This document shows, one piece after another, positions 18,544 through 27,840 of a stretch of 64,000 bases of DNA. The translations under genes were made by a program, and so were the position numbers. The notes under the pieces were generated by a model. It was given only the letters and a program-made list of their open reading frames with translations, did not search any database and was not told where the DNA came from. Source of the stretch: Methanobacteriota archaeon (lineage in GTDB: Archaea > Thermoplasmatota > Poseidoniia > Poseidoniales > Poseidoniaceae); the NCBI GenBank assembly GCA_014240385.1, contig JAAZXA010000068.1, positions 29,090 through 93,089 on the forward strand, given 5' to 3'. Numbering within the stretch: the first letter of the stretch is position 1; every line of letters starts with the position of its first letter.

Positions 18544-19476
18544 TTATTCTGTTCCACATTGGTTCGGGCATACCCCGCAAGTTGTTACGCATCCGATAGC
18601 CCATGAGTCCTTCTCTCGATAGGGATCCCCATGGAAATACAATGCTCCTGCGGTTTCTTTCCGACTTTTCTTGCTCCAATCCGCATAACTGTGGGCCTTA
18701 TCGTAGGCAGTTTTGTCTACATACGGCCATCTTGGGTCATTAGGTTCCATCTTCCATGGTGTTTCAATAATTCTCCAATTGTTCTTCTTTGCGGTGTCTG
18801 CAAAATATTCCTGTGCTTCCCAGAGTAGCCTTCCTTCTTCTTGATTTGCATCGAATAAGAAGGTACACAATCTAATGAAAGTGTTTTCGTGTTTTGTCAT
18901 TCGATTGAACTTCTGCAGTGTCTGGATAATTCGCCTTGATCTCGATGAGACTTCGGGGTGTTCATCATATCCAGGAATGACCGACCAGTGTATTTTTACA
19001 CCTGCGATAGCCATTCGTGTCAATGTTTCTTCCGAGGGTATTTTCCAAAATTTTGTGATTACAACGGGAGTTAACCCAGTCTCGGCAATTATTTCTGCCG
19101 TTGCTGCGGTCAAGTCCCAATCAAATGATGGATCACCCATTACCCCGATTCTAACCCATCGGATTTTCGGTTCGTTCCAAATTAACTGCATACAATCCCA
19201 TCGAAGTAAGGCGGGATTCAGGATTTGCGATACTGGTATGTCGAAATCAATTCTCCCGAACATTACTCCTTGAGAATTCTTTGCGTAACAACCAGAACAT
19301 CTTCCTGCGCATCCCTTAACCGTATCACAGATGTTGGCATCTGTCTTTGTGTTGCCCCCAAGTCTGATTTCCTTTGCTTCATAGGGCCGTAGTGGCGCTC
19401 CTGTTGAAGTGTGGGTTTTTCTTGGACTGAGGGCAATTTTCGGTCCAAATCTTCGTTTGGTTTTCTGTATAGCCAT
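18544..19476 (-). CDS. radical SAM domain protein (QueE-like candidate)
   Basis: GCAGRCSGCY = CxxxCxxC-aromatic radical-SAM cluster motif; second CxxC cluster at C-terminus; motif start 19474-19476; 310 aa. Confidence 0.5.
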   Translation of the reverse strand: MAIQKTKRRFGPKIALSPRKTHTSTGAPLRPYEAKEIRLGGNTKTDANICDTVKGCAGRCSGCYAKNSQGVMFGRIDFDIPVSQILNPALLRWDCMQLIWNEPKIRWVRIGVMGDPSFDWDLTAATAEIIAETGLTPVVITKFWKIPSEETLTRMAIAGVKIHWSVIPGYDEHPEVSSRSRRIIQTLQKFNRMTKHENTFIRLCTFLFDANQEEGRLLWEAQEYFADTAKKNNWRIIETPWKMEPNDPRWPYVDKTAYDKAHSYADWSKKSRKETAGALYFHGDPYREKDSWAIGCVTTCGVCPNQCGTE

Positions 19477-19491
19477 GAGCGGTTTGTTGGT

Positions 19492-19716
19492 TCAGCAATG
19501 GACATAGCCCTTGCGAACCTTTTCCTCTACTTTCTTCTCGATGAAGCTGAGAGCTTCTTCTGCAGTTCCGAAGTTTCGGGGTTTGGCCTTTTGGCCTTTG
19601 CTGCCGATTCTCCCCCATGATACCCACACAATATCTTCGAGTGTGGTTTCATTGTCTGCTTGCCAGAACTTGTGGGAGTTCTCTTCTTCATCATGGTATT
19701 CCATGTATACTCGCAT
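19492..19716 (-). CDS. WGR-domain protein, 74 aa
   Basis: KFWQAD...WVSWGRIGSKGQ...FGTAEEALSFIEKKVEEKVRKGY fits WGR signature; motif start 19714-19716. Confidence 0.5.
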   Translation of the reverse strand: MRVYMEYHDEEENSHKFWQADNETTLEDIVWVSWGRIGSKGQKAKPRNFGTAEEALSFIEKKVEEKVRKGYVHC

Positions 19717-19768
19717 GAGCGGTGTCGATTCTCATTATTACTGAGTTGCAATAGTGCCATGAGCGGGC

Positions 19769-20035
19769 TTAATCATCGTAGCCTCTATCTGAATTGTAAA
19801 TGCTAGCGAACTCGCTGAATATTCTTTCGGTATCTCCTAGATCTCCAAAGTGCATCAGCAAGTTCCATGCATTCCATACTTCACCTGAAGGAGAATTGTT
19901 GATTGCTCCCCCAATTTGTTTTACTTCGATTTCGCCATTCTCGGCTGCTTTGATGCCAGCCGCTAGAAAGTCCTCGACCAAATCAACGGCTTTCTCTAGC
20001 GAATCCTCTTCCAATTTTCCAATGTTCAATGACAT
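19769..20035 (-). CDS. hypothetical protein, 88 aa
   Basis: motif start 20033-20035. Confidence 0.5.
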   Translation of the reverse strand: MSLNIGKLEEDSLEKAVDLVEDFLAAGIKAAENGEIEVKQIGGAINNSPSGEVWNAWNLLMHFGDLGDTERIFSEFASIYNSDRGYDD

Positions 20036-20045
20036 GAGCGGTGAT

Positions 20046-20486
20046 TCATTTGCGAATCAGCCAGTTGAAGAATAACTTCTCGTCGTCTGCCAAGTGATAT
20101 TGGCATACGGTGAGGAATCTGTCGTGTCCTTCAAACCATCTTCGATATTGTTCTTGAATCCAAGTGTCAGAAGCGCAAGCGATAATTTCGCTTCGGTTCT
20201 GCTTTGCGTATTTCCAAAGATTCTTGGGTTTCATGTCCACGAAGTTATCGTCTGTTATCATAATCACGATTTCAGCGAATGGAAAGAGTGTTAGGGATTT
20301 AATGCTTACCATTTCCTCGAGTGTTCGTTCATCAAATCGGCAGGCTGGGTGAGTTGCATAGAACTCAGCAAAACCAGCCGAACCATTATTCATGTGCCAT
20401 TTCTCAATGAGCATTTCTAACGACTTGTAGATTACTCTGTCGAGCAGTTTTCCTGCTTCTTGTATTTGTTCAACGAATGTTGTCAT
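20046..20486 (-). CDS. hypothetical protein, 146 aa
   Basis: motif start 20484-20486 (..KQPLM TTFVEQ..). Confidence 0.55.
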   Translation of the reverse strand: MTTFVEQIQEAGKLLDRVIYKSLEMLIEKWHMNNGSAGFAEFYATHPACRFDERTLEEMVSIKSLTLFPFAEIVIMITDDNFVDMKPKNLWKYAKQNRSEIIACASDTWIQEQYRRWFEGHDRFLTVCQYHLADDEKLFFNWLIRK

Positions 20487-20512
20487 GAGCGGTTGTTTTT
20501 GCCGAGGGTATT

Positions 20513-21271
20513 TCAAGCCTTCTTCTCAACCCAGTTAGCGAGTTCACGCATCATTTCGTTCCTAACGCTGTTCAGGGCGGCATTTACCACCCTGATTCCG
20601 GTTTTCAAACTCTTCCGGTGCGCCTCGCTGTTAAATGTGTTATCTGCAGCCTGTAGTTGAGTTTCAAGAACTCTTGATATTTGGGACTCCAAAGCCCCAT
20701 TGAGTGTTGAGTACCCTTGGGCTTCGTAAGTTGAGCCAAAGGGGTTTACTTCTTCTCGGTTTTCCCTAACACGAAATGTGGCTTCCTTACGATTTCTACT
20801 GATTTCTTGTTTGATCCAGTCTATATCGTTGTACCAAACATCTCGGTTTTGCCTGCCATTAATGAACAGGCGAGGGTACCAACGGTGGCCGTATTGTGAT
20901 ATTATTTCAACTTCACAATATTCTCGGTGGTTTTCGTTGTTTTTATCATAGCCCCACCTTTTCCATTCTTTTCGGAAATTGGGTAGGTGTCTGCTGACAC
21001 CCCCTCCAAAACCTGAGTCTTTGGTTGAATAGGATAGGCTGCTCAAATATCGTTCTTGATCCGTTCTAGCCACGCTAATTCTGGCGTAGTTAGAGCGGCC
21101 AAATGATTTTGGGTATTTGATTTCGTAAACATCCGGGTTCAGGTAAACACCATGCTTGTTGTAGGTATGGTATTTCGTATTCGTACAACCTTCCTCTTTC
21201 AAATTCTTTTCGAAAGGGCAGGTGTATGGGATTACTCCCTCAACCGGTAATTTCCATTGCATTTCTGCCAT
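20513..21271 (-). CDS. hypothetical protein, 252 aa
   Basis: motif start 21269-21271. Confidence 0.55.
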   Translation of the reverse strand: MAEMQWKLPVEGVIPYTCPFEKNLKEEGCTNTKYHTYNKHGVYLNPDVYEIKYPKSFGRSNYARISVARTDQERYLSSLSYSTKDSGFGGGVSRHLPNFRKEWKRWGYDKNNENHREYCEVEIISQYGHRWYPRLFINGRQNRDVWYNDIDWIKQEISRNRKEATFRVRENREEVNPFGSTYEAQGYSTLNGALESQISRVLETQLQAADNTFNSEAHRKSLKTGIRVVNAALNSVRNEMMRELANWVEKKA

Positions 21272-21280
21272 GAGCGGTGT

Positions 21281-21832
21281 TTATTCCTCTTTTGAGAGGA
21301 TTGTTGTTGTTGAGTTCACCCAGTCTTGCCAGTTGTCGTCAAAAACGACTGTTCTCTCGACTGCGTTAACACAAACATATCCGTGAACGCTTGATTCTGT
21401 AGCGAATCCTCCGTATTCAGCGTAGATTTGTTGTGCAAACAAGTTTCTAACCTCCGTGGGTTCTTCCATTTCTTCTGGTGGAATTTTTCTGTAAGAGCCA
21501 TTCTCACCGTTGAAATCGTATGTGCGAACTGCTCCGTTGTCTTCATCATAGTCATCAGTTCCAATTAGAATCACCAAGTCTTGCTTGAGTGTTGGCATTC
21601 CATCTTTCTGTTCCCATTTCTTAGTCTCGGGGTTTAGATATGTTCCTTCTCCAACGACCAAGCCCTCTTTGAAGGTCTTGTGACCTTTGCCGATTATAGC
21701 TTGGATGTCGTCACAATATCCTTCATCGTGACCTCCGTTGAAATTAACGGTTATCTGTTCGTAGCCTAATTCTGTCATTCTGTCCATTAGGGCATTCCAA
21801 TCTTCTTCTGGTATCACACTTTTTGTGTTCAT
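21281..21832 (-). CDS. hypothetical protein, 183 aa
   Basis: motif start 21830-21832 (..ETPLM NTKSV..). Confidence 0.55.
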   Translation of the reverse strand: MNTKSVIPEEDWNALMDRMTELGYEQITVNFNGGHDEGYCDDIQAIIGKGHKTFKEGLVVGEGTYLNPETKKWEQKDGMPTLKQDLVILIGTDDYDEDNGAVRTYDFNGENGSYRKIPPEEMEEPTEVRNLFAQQIYAEYGGFATESSVHGYVCVNAVERTVVFDDNWQDWVNSTTTILSKEE

Positions 21833-21842
21833 GAGCGGTGTC

Positions 21843-22385
21843 TCATCCAAAGACAACTTTTCCCATTGTTATGCATTGAAGCATTACATCGGAAGTAATT
21901 GCATCGCCAGATTCGCTGACGAAATCTTCGAAGTGCCTTTGGTAACTTTCAGACATTGTTTGAAGTCCAGATTCAATGGTCTGTTGATTGACAACTCCGA
22001 GAACCTCTGCGTATATCCAGTCATCCTTCTCTTCACTCCATTCTCTCGATTCTAAGTCGTAAATGGTGATCTCGCCTCCCAAGAATGGGATTTGGTGATG
22101 GTAGATGTATCGCTTATTTTCTCTAAGCCAGTCGAAATCTTCTTCACACTTCTTTCCGTAAGGTAAGAAATTAGTTTCTTGGTGGTGTGAATTTTTATGC
22201 TCAACTAATCGTCTTGCGTTCTCCTCTTTGATTAGAGGGTCTCCATGATTGATTCGTGCGCATCCTGCGTGGTTTGTTACGCTTGATCTAGCCCAGTAAC
22301 CTGAGCCTCCTTCAAACGCACCACTAAGGCACGACCATGTATCTCTGTCTTCAACTTCTTTTTCGATAGTAACATTGTACTTCAT
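21843..22385 (-). CDS. hypothetical protein, 180 aa
   Basis: motif start 22383-22385. Confidence 0.55.
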   Translation of the reverse strand: MKYNVTIEKEVEDRDTWSCLSGAFEGGSGYWARSSVTNHAGCARINHGDPLIKEENARRLVEHKNSHHQETNFLPYGKKCEEDFDWLRENKRYIYHHQIPFLGGEITIYDLESREWSEEKDDWIYAEVLGVVNQQTIESGLQTMSESYQRHFEDFVSESGDAITSDVMLQCITMGKVVFG

Positions 22386-22400
22386 GAGCGGTATATGGTT

Positions 22401-22904
22401 TCATTCTGTGTTTGGTTCCCAATCGTCGAAGGTAACCTTTGTCGGTTGGCTTTCGCTCCATGATTCACCATGAACCTCAATCTTGATATCTTCAATCTTG
22501 ATATGTTCTAGGTTTGATTGGACGCACCAAACACCGTGGACTCCCATGTTCTCCGTGATACTGACTCTCCACAATTTATTGTGTAGTTTCACAATGTATT
22601 CGTAGGATTCGTGTATTGAATCTTCAACTGGGGGGAATCTGTCTGTGCTTGTGAAGCTTAGACTGCTTTCGCAGTTCCATGCGTTGTGTAGCACAAGGAA
22701 CTCTTCTTCACCGATATTATCGGATGATGAGAAGGTCCAAGGTATGAGTTCATCATATTCTTCTCCTGCCCACTCCCATTCTGGGTCATTTTTTTCATAT
22801 GGGTTGGGGCATCCCTCATACCATATCTTTCCTTCATGTCGGTAGTGGGTTCTTCCCGGGTAGTATTCGTTCAGAAGTTCTTCTTCTGCTGGTGTATATT
22901 CCAT
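22401..22904 (-). CDS. hypothetical protein, 167 aa
   Basis: motif start 22902-22904, inside 45-bp repeat. Confidence 0.55.
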   Translation of the reverse strand: MEYTPAEEELLNEYYPGRTHYRHEGKIWYEGCPNPYEKNDPEWEWAGEEYDELIPWTFSSSDNIGEEEFLVLHNAWNCESSLSFTSTDRFPPVEDSIHESYEYIVKLHNKLWRVSITENMGVHGVWCVQSNLEHIKIEDIKIEVHGESWSESQPTKVTFDDWEPNTE

Positions 22905-22945
22905 GAGCGGTGTTATTTGGATCAGTTATTCTAGATCTTCGGTGG
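22901..22945. repeat. 45-bp gene-junction repeat, copy 1 (CCATGAGCGGTGTTATTTGGATCAGTTATTCTAGATCTTCGGTGG)
   Basis: near-identical to 27796-27840 (one indel, one substitution); spans start motif of downstream gene, intergenic spacer and last codons of upstream gene. Confidence 0.75.
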
Positions 22946-23137
22946 TTCCAGCCCGTACACTACATGAGTAATCCTGATTTGGATTTCTCCTTCACAGTTG
23001 TTGCAGAAGTAGTAGTAGGTGTCGTGTTCGACGCTCTCCGTGTCTAGATCGCCGTCATCTTTGCACCAGGGGCATTCTCCGAATCCTTGCGGATCCAGTT
23101 CTTCTCCCACTTTGATGCTAATCTCTTTTGATGTCAT
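22931..23137 (-). CDS. Zn-ribbon protein, 68 aa
   Basis: CPWCKDDG...CNNCEGE; motif start 23135-23137. Confidence 0.55.
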   Translation of the reverse strand: MTSKEISIKVGEELDPQGFGECPWCKDDGDLDTESVEHDTYYYFCNNCEGEIQIRITHVVYGLEPPKI

Positions 23138-23160
23138 GAGCGGTGTTTTGAGTCTAAACT

Positions 23161-23349
23161 CTAAACAATGTAGGTGCCTAGGGCTACTGCTGCAGTAAGT
23201 ACAACGAAATTTATCGCTACCATGAGGGCGAGAAACGATCCACTTCGGGCTGTCTTCTTTTCCTCAATGTACTCATTCAATGCTGTTGTGTTTCCCTTCA
23301 CGATTAGGTTGAAGGTTTCTGTTGGCATACAAACTGTTTTGTCAGTCAT
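23161..23349 (-). CDS. small membrane protein, 62 aa
   Basis: motif start 23347-23349 (..RLPLM TDKTV..); C-terminal TM helix. Confidence 0.5.
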   Translation of the reverse strand: MTDKTVCMPTETFNLIVKGNTTALNEYIEEKKTARSGSFLALMVAINFVVLTAAVALGTYIV

Positions 23350-23366
23350 GAGCGGTAGTCGTCCCG

Positions 23367-24494
23367 TCACTTGAGTTCGGTTACAGCGTGAAGGCTGACC
23401 GTGTTCAAATTTGTAGTTTCATGGTACAATATTAGTTGCTTCGATTTGAAGCCTAACCATAATTGTCCCTTTCTGTCTGTAGGGGCGATTAAATCATTCA
23501 GCGTGTCTGTACACACGGACAACGATGAAACCTTCTTTCTGATGGCAACTTCGTCGGTGTCGAATTTCAATCTGAATACTTCGCCATCCTTCTTGCTGCC
23601 ATTGTAGGCTACCATTGTAAGTTCTCCGTTTTGTGTTCCCTCGAAGTAAACCCTCGAGGTCAAGGACGCTGCTGTTTTCACATGTCCAGCAAATTCTTTC
23701 AAATCAAGGATTTCAACATTGTAATCCTCTTCGTCAAATGTTGGAATTTCAACCCTATAGCCCTTATTGGCGTAGGTTGTCGAGTAAGGTTCATATTTGA
23801 CCTTCTCTGATTCCATCGAAAAAGTGTATTCGATTCTGTCGCCGGTTTCCTCTTTGAGGTGGAATGTCAATTCCTTTGAGTTCCTGGCAGCTTCAGCAAT
23901 TTTCTTGTTGCTTGATTCTGCGCCGGTACTTAACCGGAATGGCATGTTTTCAATAACAACGGGTGTGCTATCCTCTGCCGCACATGTTAATCTCCACTCA
24001 AGTGCTGATGTGGATCTGTAGTGCGATGTCTTGGATTGCTTCCCAATGCCATTGAAGTCCATTATTGAATCTGCGGCGTATTCTCCTGCGGATAATTTCT
24101 TATCAATGATTGTGAATCGTTTAACCGATTCGGAATCGAGTGTTATTGCGAATGATTTGGTTGAATTAGGGGTCATCCCGGCACTATCCCTACGGGCGGC
24201 GGCGGGGTGTTTTGGTCTATATTCAACCGGTTCTTCGTCATCCTCTTCATCCTCTTCATCATCTTCTTCATAGATGTCTGAGTCATTGATTTGTTCCCAT
24301 TCTTCATCCGTGATTAATATTGAGTCATCTTCTTCATGTTCATCATCTTCTTCGGATAAGGAGTCATTAACTCCTGTGAATGATTCTGGATCTGTGTCCT
24401 GTTCTGTCTCTGATTCACTTGCGCCCAGTTTCTCTTCCGATACTCCTAGTGATTCGGCAAGTAATCTTCGGGTTGTTTCCCAATCTAGAGTCAT
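23367..24494 (-). CDS. hypothetical protein with acidic N-terminal region, 375 aa
   Basis: motif start 24492-24494 (..DTVPLM TLDWETT..); DE-rich low-complexity stretch. Confidence 0.55.
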   Translation of the reverse strand: MTLDWETTRRLLAESLGVSEEKLGASESETEQDTDPESFTGVNDSLSEEDDEHEEDDSILITDEEWEQINDSDIYEEDDEEDEEDDEEPVEYRPKHPAAARRDSAGMTPNSTKSFAITLDSESVKRFTIIDKKLSAGEYAADSIMDFNGIGKQSKTSHYRSTSALEWRLTCAAEDSTPVVIENMPFRLSTGAESSNKKIAEAARNSKELTFHLKEETGDRIEYTFSMESEKVKYEPYSTTYANKGYRVEIPTFDEEDYNVEILDLKEFAGHVKTAASLTSRVYFEGTQNGELTMVAYNGSKKDGEVFRLKFDTDEVAIRKKVSSLSVCTDTLNDLIAPTDRKGQLWLGFKSKQLILYHETTNLNTVSLHAVTELK

Positions 24495-24705
24495 GAGCGG
24501 TACAGTATCTTTCCCCCGGTTGCGCAGGACATATTTCCAATTCAACCGTGTCGGTATCAAATCTGTGTTCTCTGCCACAATGTCCACATTCCAAACGCCA
24601 GTCTACATCGTAGATTTCAGCTCCCAGTATTCTTGGGTGTTTGATTTTGGATAATGGCACCCATATTGTAGGAAGTCTTGCTTGCAGGATATCTAATTTG
24701 TCCAT
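24415..24705 (-). CDS. Cys-containing protein, 96 aa
   Basis: motif start 24703-24705; CGHCGREH...C. Confidence 0.45.
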   Translation of the reverse strand: MDKLDILQARLPTIWVPLSKIKHPRILGAEIYDVDWRLECGHCGREHRFDTDTVELEICPAQPGERYCTAHDSRLGNNPKITCRITRSIGRETGRK

Positions 24706-24717
24706 GAGCGGTGCGTG

Positions 24718-25596
24718 TTAAACGCGTCTTTTGATAGCCTCATTAACTGACTTCAACCTTTCAAGGAAAGTGTCGAGGTTTTCGATTGTGTCGTCAAATT
24801 CGTTCACAATCTCGATAATTTTCCTCTCCATCTTTTTCTCCTTTACGAAGATGCTTACCATTTCAGGGGGGTCTTCACTTTGCTGGACTTGTGCTGGCAC
24901 AGGTCCTGTGGATTTCTTTCCCTTTTCTTTGCGGTGTTCAGTAAACGGTTCTATTCCGTCTTCATCTACCCAAATGGTTTCCTTCTCGGTATGCAGGATA
25001 TCCGTTTCAATGAGTCCTTCGTACATCGGCTTTTCATCGTCGTATTCTTCGATTAACTCATTTTGTAGTTCGGATTCTAATACATCCACGAAGTTTGAAT
25101 CTAATTCACGAACTTCTGTGGTTTCTTCGGTTTCCTCTGCATCTGGAACGGGTTCGGAGCAATCGAAATTACTTGAGATGTAGTCTAGCATTGCTTGTTT
25201 GGGGTCTTTCCCCTCAGCAATTGCTTTTCCTGCTACATCGAAAATATTCTCTGAATTCTCTAGTACCTGTTCGTTGTCCTTGACCCATTCCAATGCCAAT
25301 ACTTCTTGCATTAATTCTACAATGTCGGCTGGAGGGTCTTCGGGCTCTTCGGTAGTAGGTTCCTCTTCGGTTTCAGTCTCAACCTTGACTTTTGGTTCTG
25401 AAAACTTGGCTGTAAGGTAGGACGCCATTTCAAATCTCCTCTTCTGGGATGAATCGATGTCGTTAAACTGTCCTCCATCGATTGCATTGTTGAGGTAATC
25501 TTCGGCGGCTACCATGTGCCGGTCTCTCCACCCTTCGTCTGTTAGGTCGGTTAATTTGTTTATCACATAGTTCATATCATCTATGATCTCTTGCAT
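24718..25596 (-). CDS. highly acidic protein, 292 aa
   Basis: motif start 25594-25596; ETEEEPTTEEPEDPPAD. Confidence 0.55.
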   Translation of the reverse strand: MQEIIDDMNYVINKLTDLTDEGWRDRHMVAAEDYLNNAIDGGQFNDIDSSQKRRFEMASYLTAKFSEPKVKVETETEEEPTTEEPEDPPADIVELMQEVLALEWVKDNEQVLENSENIFDVAGKAIAEGKDPKQAMLDYISSNFDCSEPVPDAEETEETTEVRELDSNFVDVLESELQNELIEEYDDEKPMYEGLIETDILHTEKETIWVDEDGIEPFTEHRKEKGKKSTGPVPAQVQQSEDPPEMVSIFVKEKKMERKIIEIVNEFDDTIENLDTFLERLKSVNEAIKRRV

Positions 25597-25606
25597 GAGC
25601 GGTTCA

Positions 25607-25813
25607 TTATTCCATTATCCTCACGAAACTTCCGAATGGTTTGCGGCATTTAGCGTGAATCCAAAGGTTCTTGGTGATGCTCAATTGGCTTCCGGGCTTA
25701 TTCTTCATTGAAATTGCCCTTTCTCCTTTTGTCATCAATTCTCCACACCATACGCAAATTTGTTGTTCTGTTTGTGAGGTTCTCCATACAATTCTGTCGT
25801 GTATTTGGGTCAT
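25607..25813 (-). CDS. Zn-binding protein, 68 aa
   Basis: motif start 25811-25813 (..HRQPLM TQIHDR..); CVWCGE...HAKC. Confidence 0.5.
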   Translation of the reverse strand: MTQIHDRIVWRTSQTEQQICVWCGELMTKGERAISMKNKPGSQLSITKNLWIHAKCRKPFGSFVRIME

Positions 25814-25823
25814 GAGCGGTTGT

Positions 25824-26096
25824 CTATGGCAATGGTGCAACCATTTGAGCCATAGGTGGGCTTGGCGGAACAATCTCAATTAATCCTTCAATGCCTGTTG
25901 CAAGGGCTAAGAGGACCTTTCGGTGGATGGTTAAGCGGTGGATTAATTCGTCCAATACATCTGCGCCTTCCAACTCTGCTATGTTTTCCGCCAGACCATT
26001 AGTTGGATTCCACCTGTCTTGGTGCTTTTCCATTAGGTCTGCTTCGTATTTCACTAGGTCAATTCCTAGTAATTCGTGTTGATATTCTTCTAACAT
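25824..26096 (-). CDS. hypothetical protein, 90 aa
   Basis: motif start 26094-26096. Confidence 0.5.
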   Translation of the reverse strand: MLEEYQHELLGIDLVKYEADLMEKHQDRWNPTNGLAENIAELEGADVLDELIHRLTIHRKVLLALATGIEGLIEIVPPSPPMAQMVAPLP

Positions 26097-26274
26097 GAGC
26101 GGTTCTTTTCATTCCAGCGGGGGATGTTTCGTCACCTTGAACTTGAGCCGACCCCCATCACTTGATTCTTGCCTACAAGCAGTGGGGAGGTATCTTTCAG
26201 TGGTGGGCGAGTATCGAGCCCCTTGTTTCAAAGAACCCGGTTATATCATTGGTTGTCTCCTTTCGAGTTTCTTC

Positions 26275-26298
26275 GGTGTCGTCCAAGGATTGGACACC
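26275..26298. repeat. conserved hairpin element, copy C
   Basis: GGTGTCGTCCAAGGATTGGACACC; followed by CCGTGAGCGG (26327-26336) directly after stop of gene 26343..26711. Confidence 0.7.
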
Positions 26299-26342
26299 TA
26301 CTTTCTCTACTTTGGACTGCAATAAGTCCCCGTGAGCGGTAT

Positions 26343-26711
26343 TCACAAATCTCTGTCCAGCAGTAAGGACCTTAATTCACTCCAACAGTCTTGGATTGCT
26401 CCAGGGTCGGTATGTCCTTCAATTGGCCTTACTTCTGCTAAGATTGTGCTGATTAGGTCTCTTACTCGTTCATAATCTACAGTTTTGATTTCATTGTATG
26501 CATCGGCAATCTCATTTTGAATCGACTCATCGATAAACGATGATGTTGCGTCCATAGCGAGCGTTTGCAATATTATCTCTGCTGCTGATTCGGGTAAAAT
26601 CCAAATCGTTTTGGCGTGTCTTTTGCCGAGGTCGATGTAATCGACTCCTTCCTCTAGTTCATCTAGTCTTTTGGCAAATTCTTTTCCATCTACAAGATCT
26701 TCTCTTGGCAT
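26343..26711 (-). CDS. hypothetical protein, 122 aa
   Basis: motif start 26709-26711 (catgagcggatt; ..CNPLM PREDLV..). Confidence 0.5.
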   Translation of the reverse strand: MPREDLVDGKEFAKRLDELEEGVDYIDLGKRHAKTIWILPESAAEIILQTLAMDATSSFIDESIQNEIADAYNEIKTVDYERVRDLISTILAEVRPIEGHTDPGAIQDCWSELRSLLLDRDL

Positions 26712-26753
26712 GAGCGGATTACACAAGTTAGGTGTTTCAAACTGGGGCATCGT

Positions 26754-27338
26754 TCATCCTCCACGGATGCACTCCAGTTCGCACCTTTCCCATGCTTTCT
26801 CTGAGATTCCGAGTTCCATAGCCTTCTTTCGGCTCTTTTCCTCATCCATCTCCCATTCATCTTCGTTGTGCCATACGATGTAATCTGACATGTTTCCGTC
26901 TTCTACTTCTTCTCCGTTTACCCACCAACCCCAGAAATCCATGCCGGCTTCCATAAAGGAAGCATCGACTTCGAATCCGTTGTTGTATAGGTGTTCATAG
27001 ATTGGGAAGGTAGGACTCCATGCTGAATCAAATCTGATTTCCAGTATGTTTTCGTCTGGGTCTAAATGGCAATGAGTCCGTCCGTAGTTGTTTTCGTCAA
27101 CTTCTGCGGGTATGGCCCATTTGGTTCCCCAATTGTTCACATTCCAATTTCTCCACCAAGTCGGGTCGCTATGAAGCTCCTGCTGTGATGTTTCATATTC
27201 ATCACGGTAAGCAGGTGTGTCCGGCGGTGGGATTAGGAATTGGAACAATCCAGTTTCCTTTGTTGCTTTTTCTATTTCAATTAATTTCTGTCTATCATCG
27301 TGTTTGATGATGACATGGTTGTTTGTCCAATTAGGCAT
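26754..27338 (-). CDS. hypothetical protein, 194 aa
   Basis: motif start 27336-27338. Confidence 0.55.
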   Translation of the reverse strand: MPNWTNNHVIIKHDDRQKLIEIEKATKETGLFQFLIPPPDTPAYRDEYETSQQELHSDPTWWRNWNVNNWGTKWAIPAEVDENNYGRTHCHLDPDENILEIRFDSAWSPTFPIYEHLYNNGFEVDASFMEAGMDFWGWWVNGEEVEDGNMSDYIVWHNEDEWEMDEEKSRKKAMELGISEKAWERCELECIRGG

Positions 27339-27346
27339 GAGCGGTT

Positions 27347-27799
27347 CTAAATGATGAGTTCTGCAATTTTGATAATTTCATGTTGTAAATCAACTTGATT
27401 GTTGATTTCCAAGACTTCTTCCTCGTGAATTATTCGGTCAGTCTTTGCTTTGAGGGCTTGAAGGGATTGGTCTGCTAAAACCAAACCAATCTTCAAAGCC
27501 TCAACTTCTGGGAATCCATATTCCTTCAAGTAGCCTGTAATCCAAACGACACTTCGGTTGAGGTCGTGATTTAGAGAATTGCAATAAACCATATCTGAGT
27601 ATTGTTCTAGGGATAGGTTCAAAGCTTCTCTTTTTGACAGACAGACATCTTTCATGATGAGTTCACCATCAATTATGTCATCTTCCTCTGTGTGCATGAT
27701 TTTCTCATTCCAGTAATCTTGGTAGTTTTCTTCGCCTTTTTCGTGTAAGCCGATCCAAGCGCCATACCATTCATCGATTTCTCCGGTTTCGTTTTCCAT
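27347..27799 (-). CDS. hypothetical protein, 150 aa
   Basis: motif start 27797-27799, inside 45-bp repeat copy 2. Confidence 0.55.
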   Translation of the reverse strand: MENETGEIDEWYGAWIGLHEKGEENYQDYWNEKIMHTEEDDIIDGELIMKDVCLSKREALNLSLEQYSDMVYCNSLNHDLNRSVVWITGYLKEYGFPEVEALKIGLVLADQSLQALKAKTDRIIHEEEVLEINNQVDLQHEIIKIAELII

Positions 27800-27840
27800 G
27801 AGCGGTGTATTTGGATCAGTTATTCTAGATCTTCGGTTGG
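27796..27840. repeat. 45-bp gene-junction repeat, copy 2
   Basis: see 22901-22945. Confidence 0.75.

Noticed and set aside
19527-19760. Second motif copy (catgagcgggc, 19758-19760) 44 nt upstream of the one at 19714, opening a 77-aa frame
   Set aside because: The frame is entirely nested, out of frame, inside the WGR-domain gene 19492..19716. It is more likely a duplicated junction than an independent gene, so it is kept only as a note.
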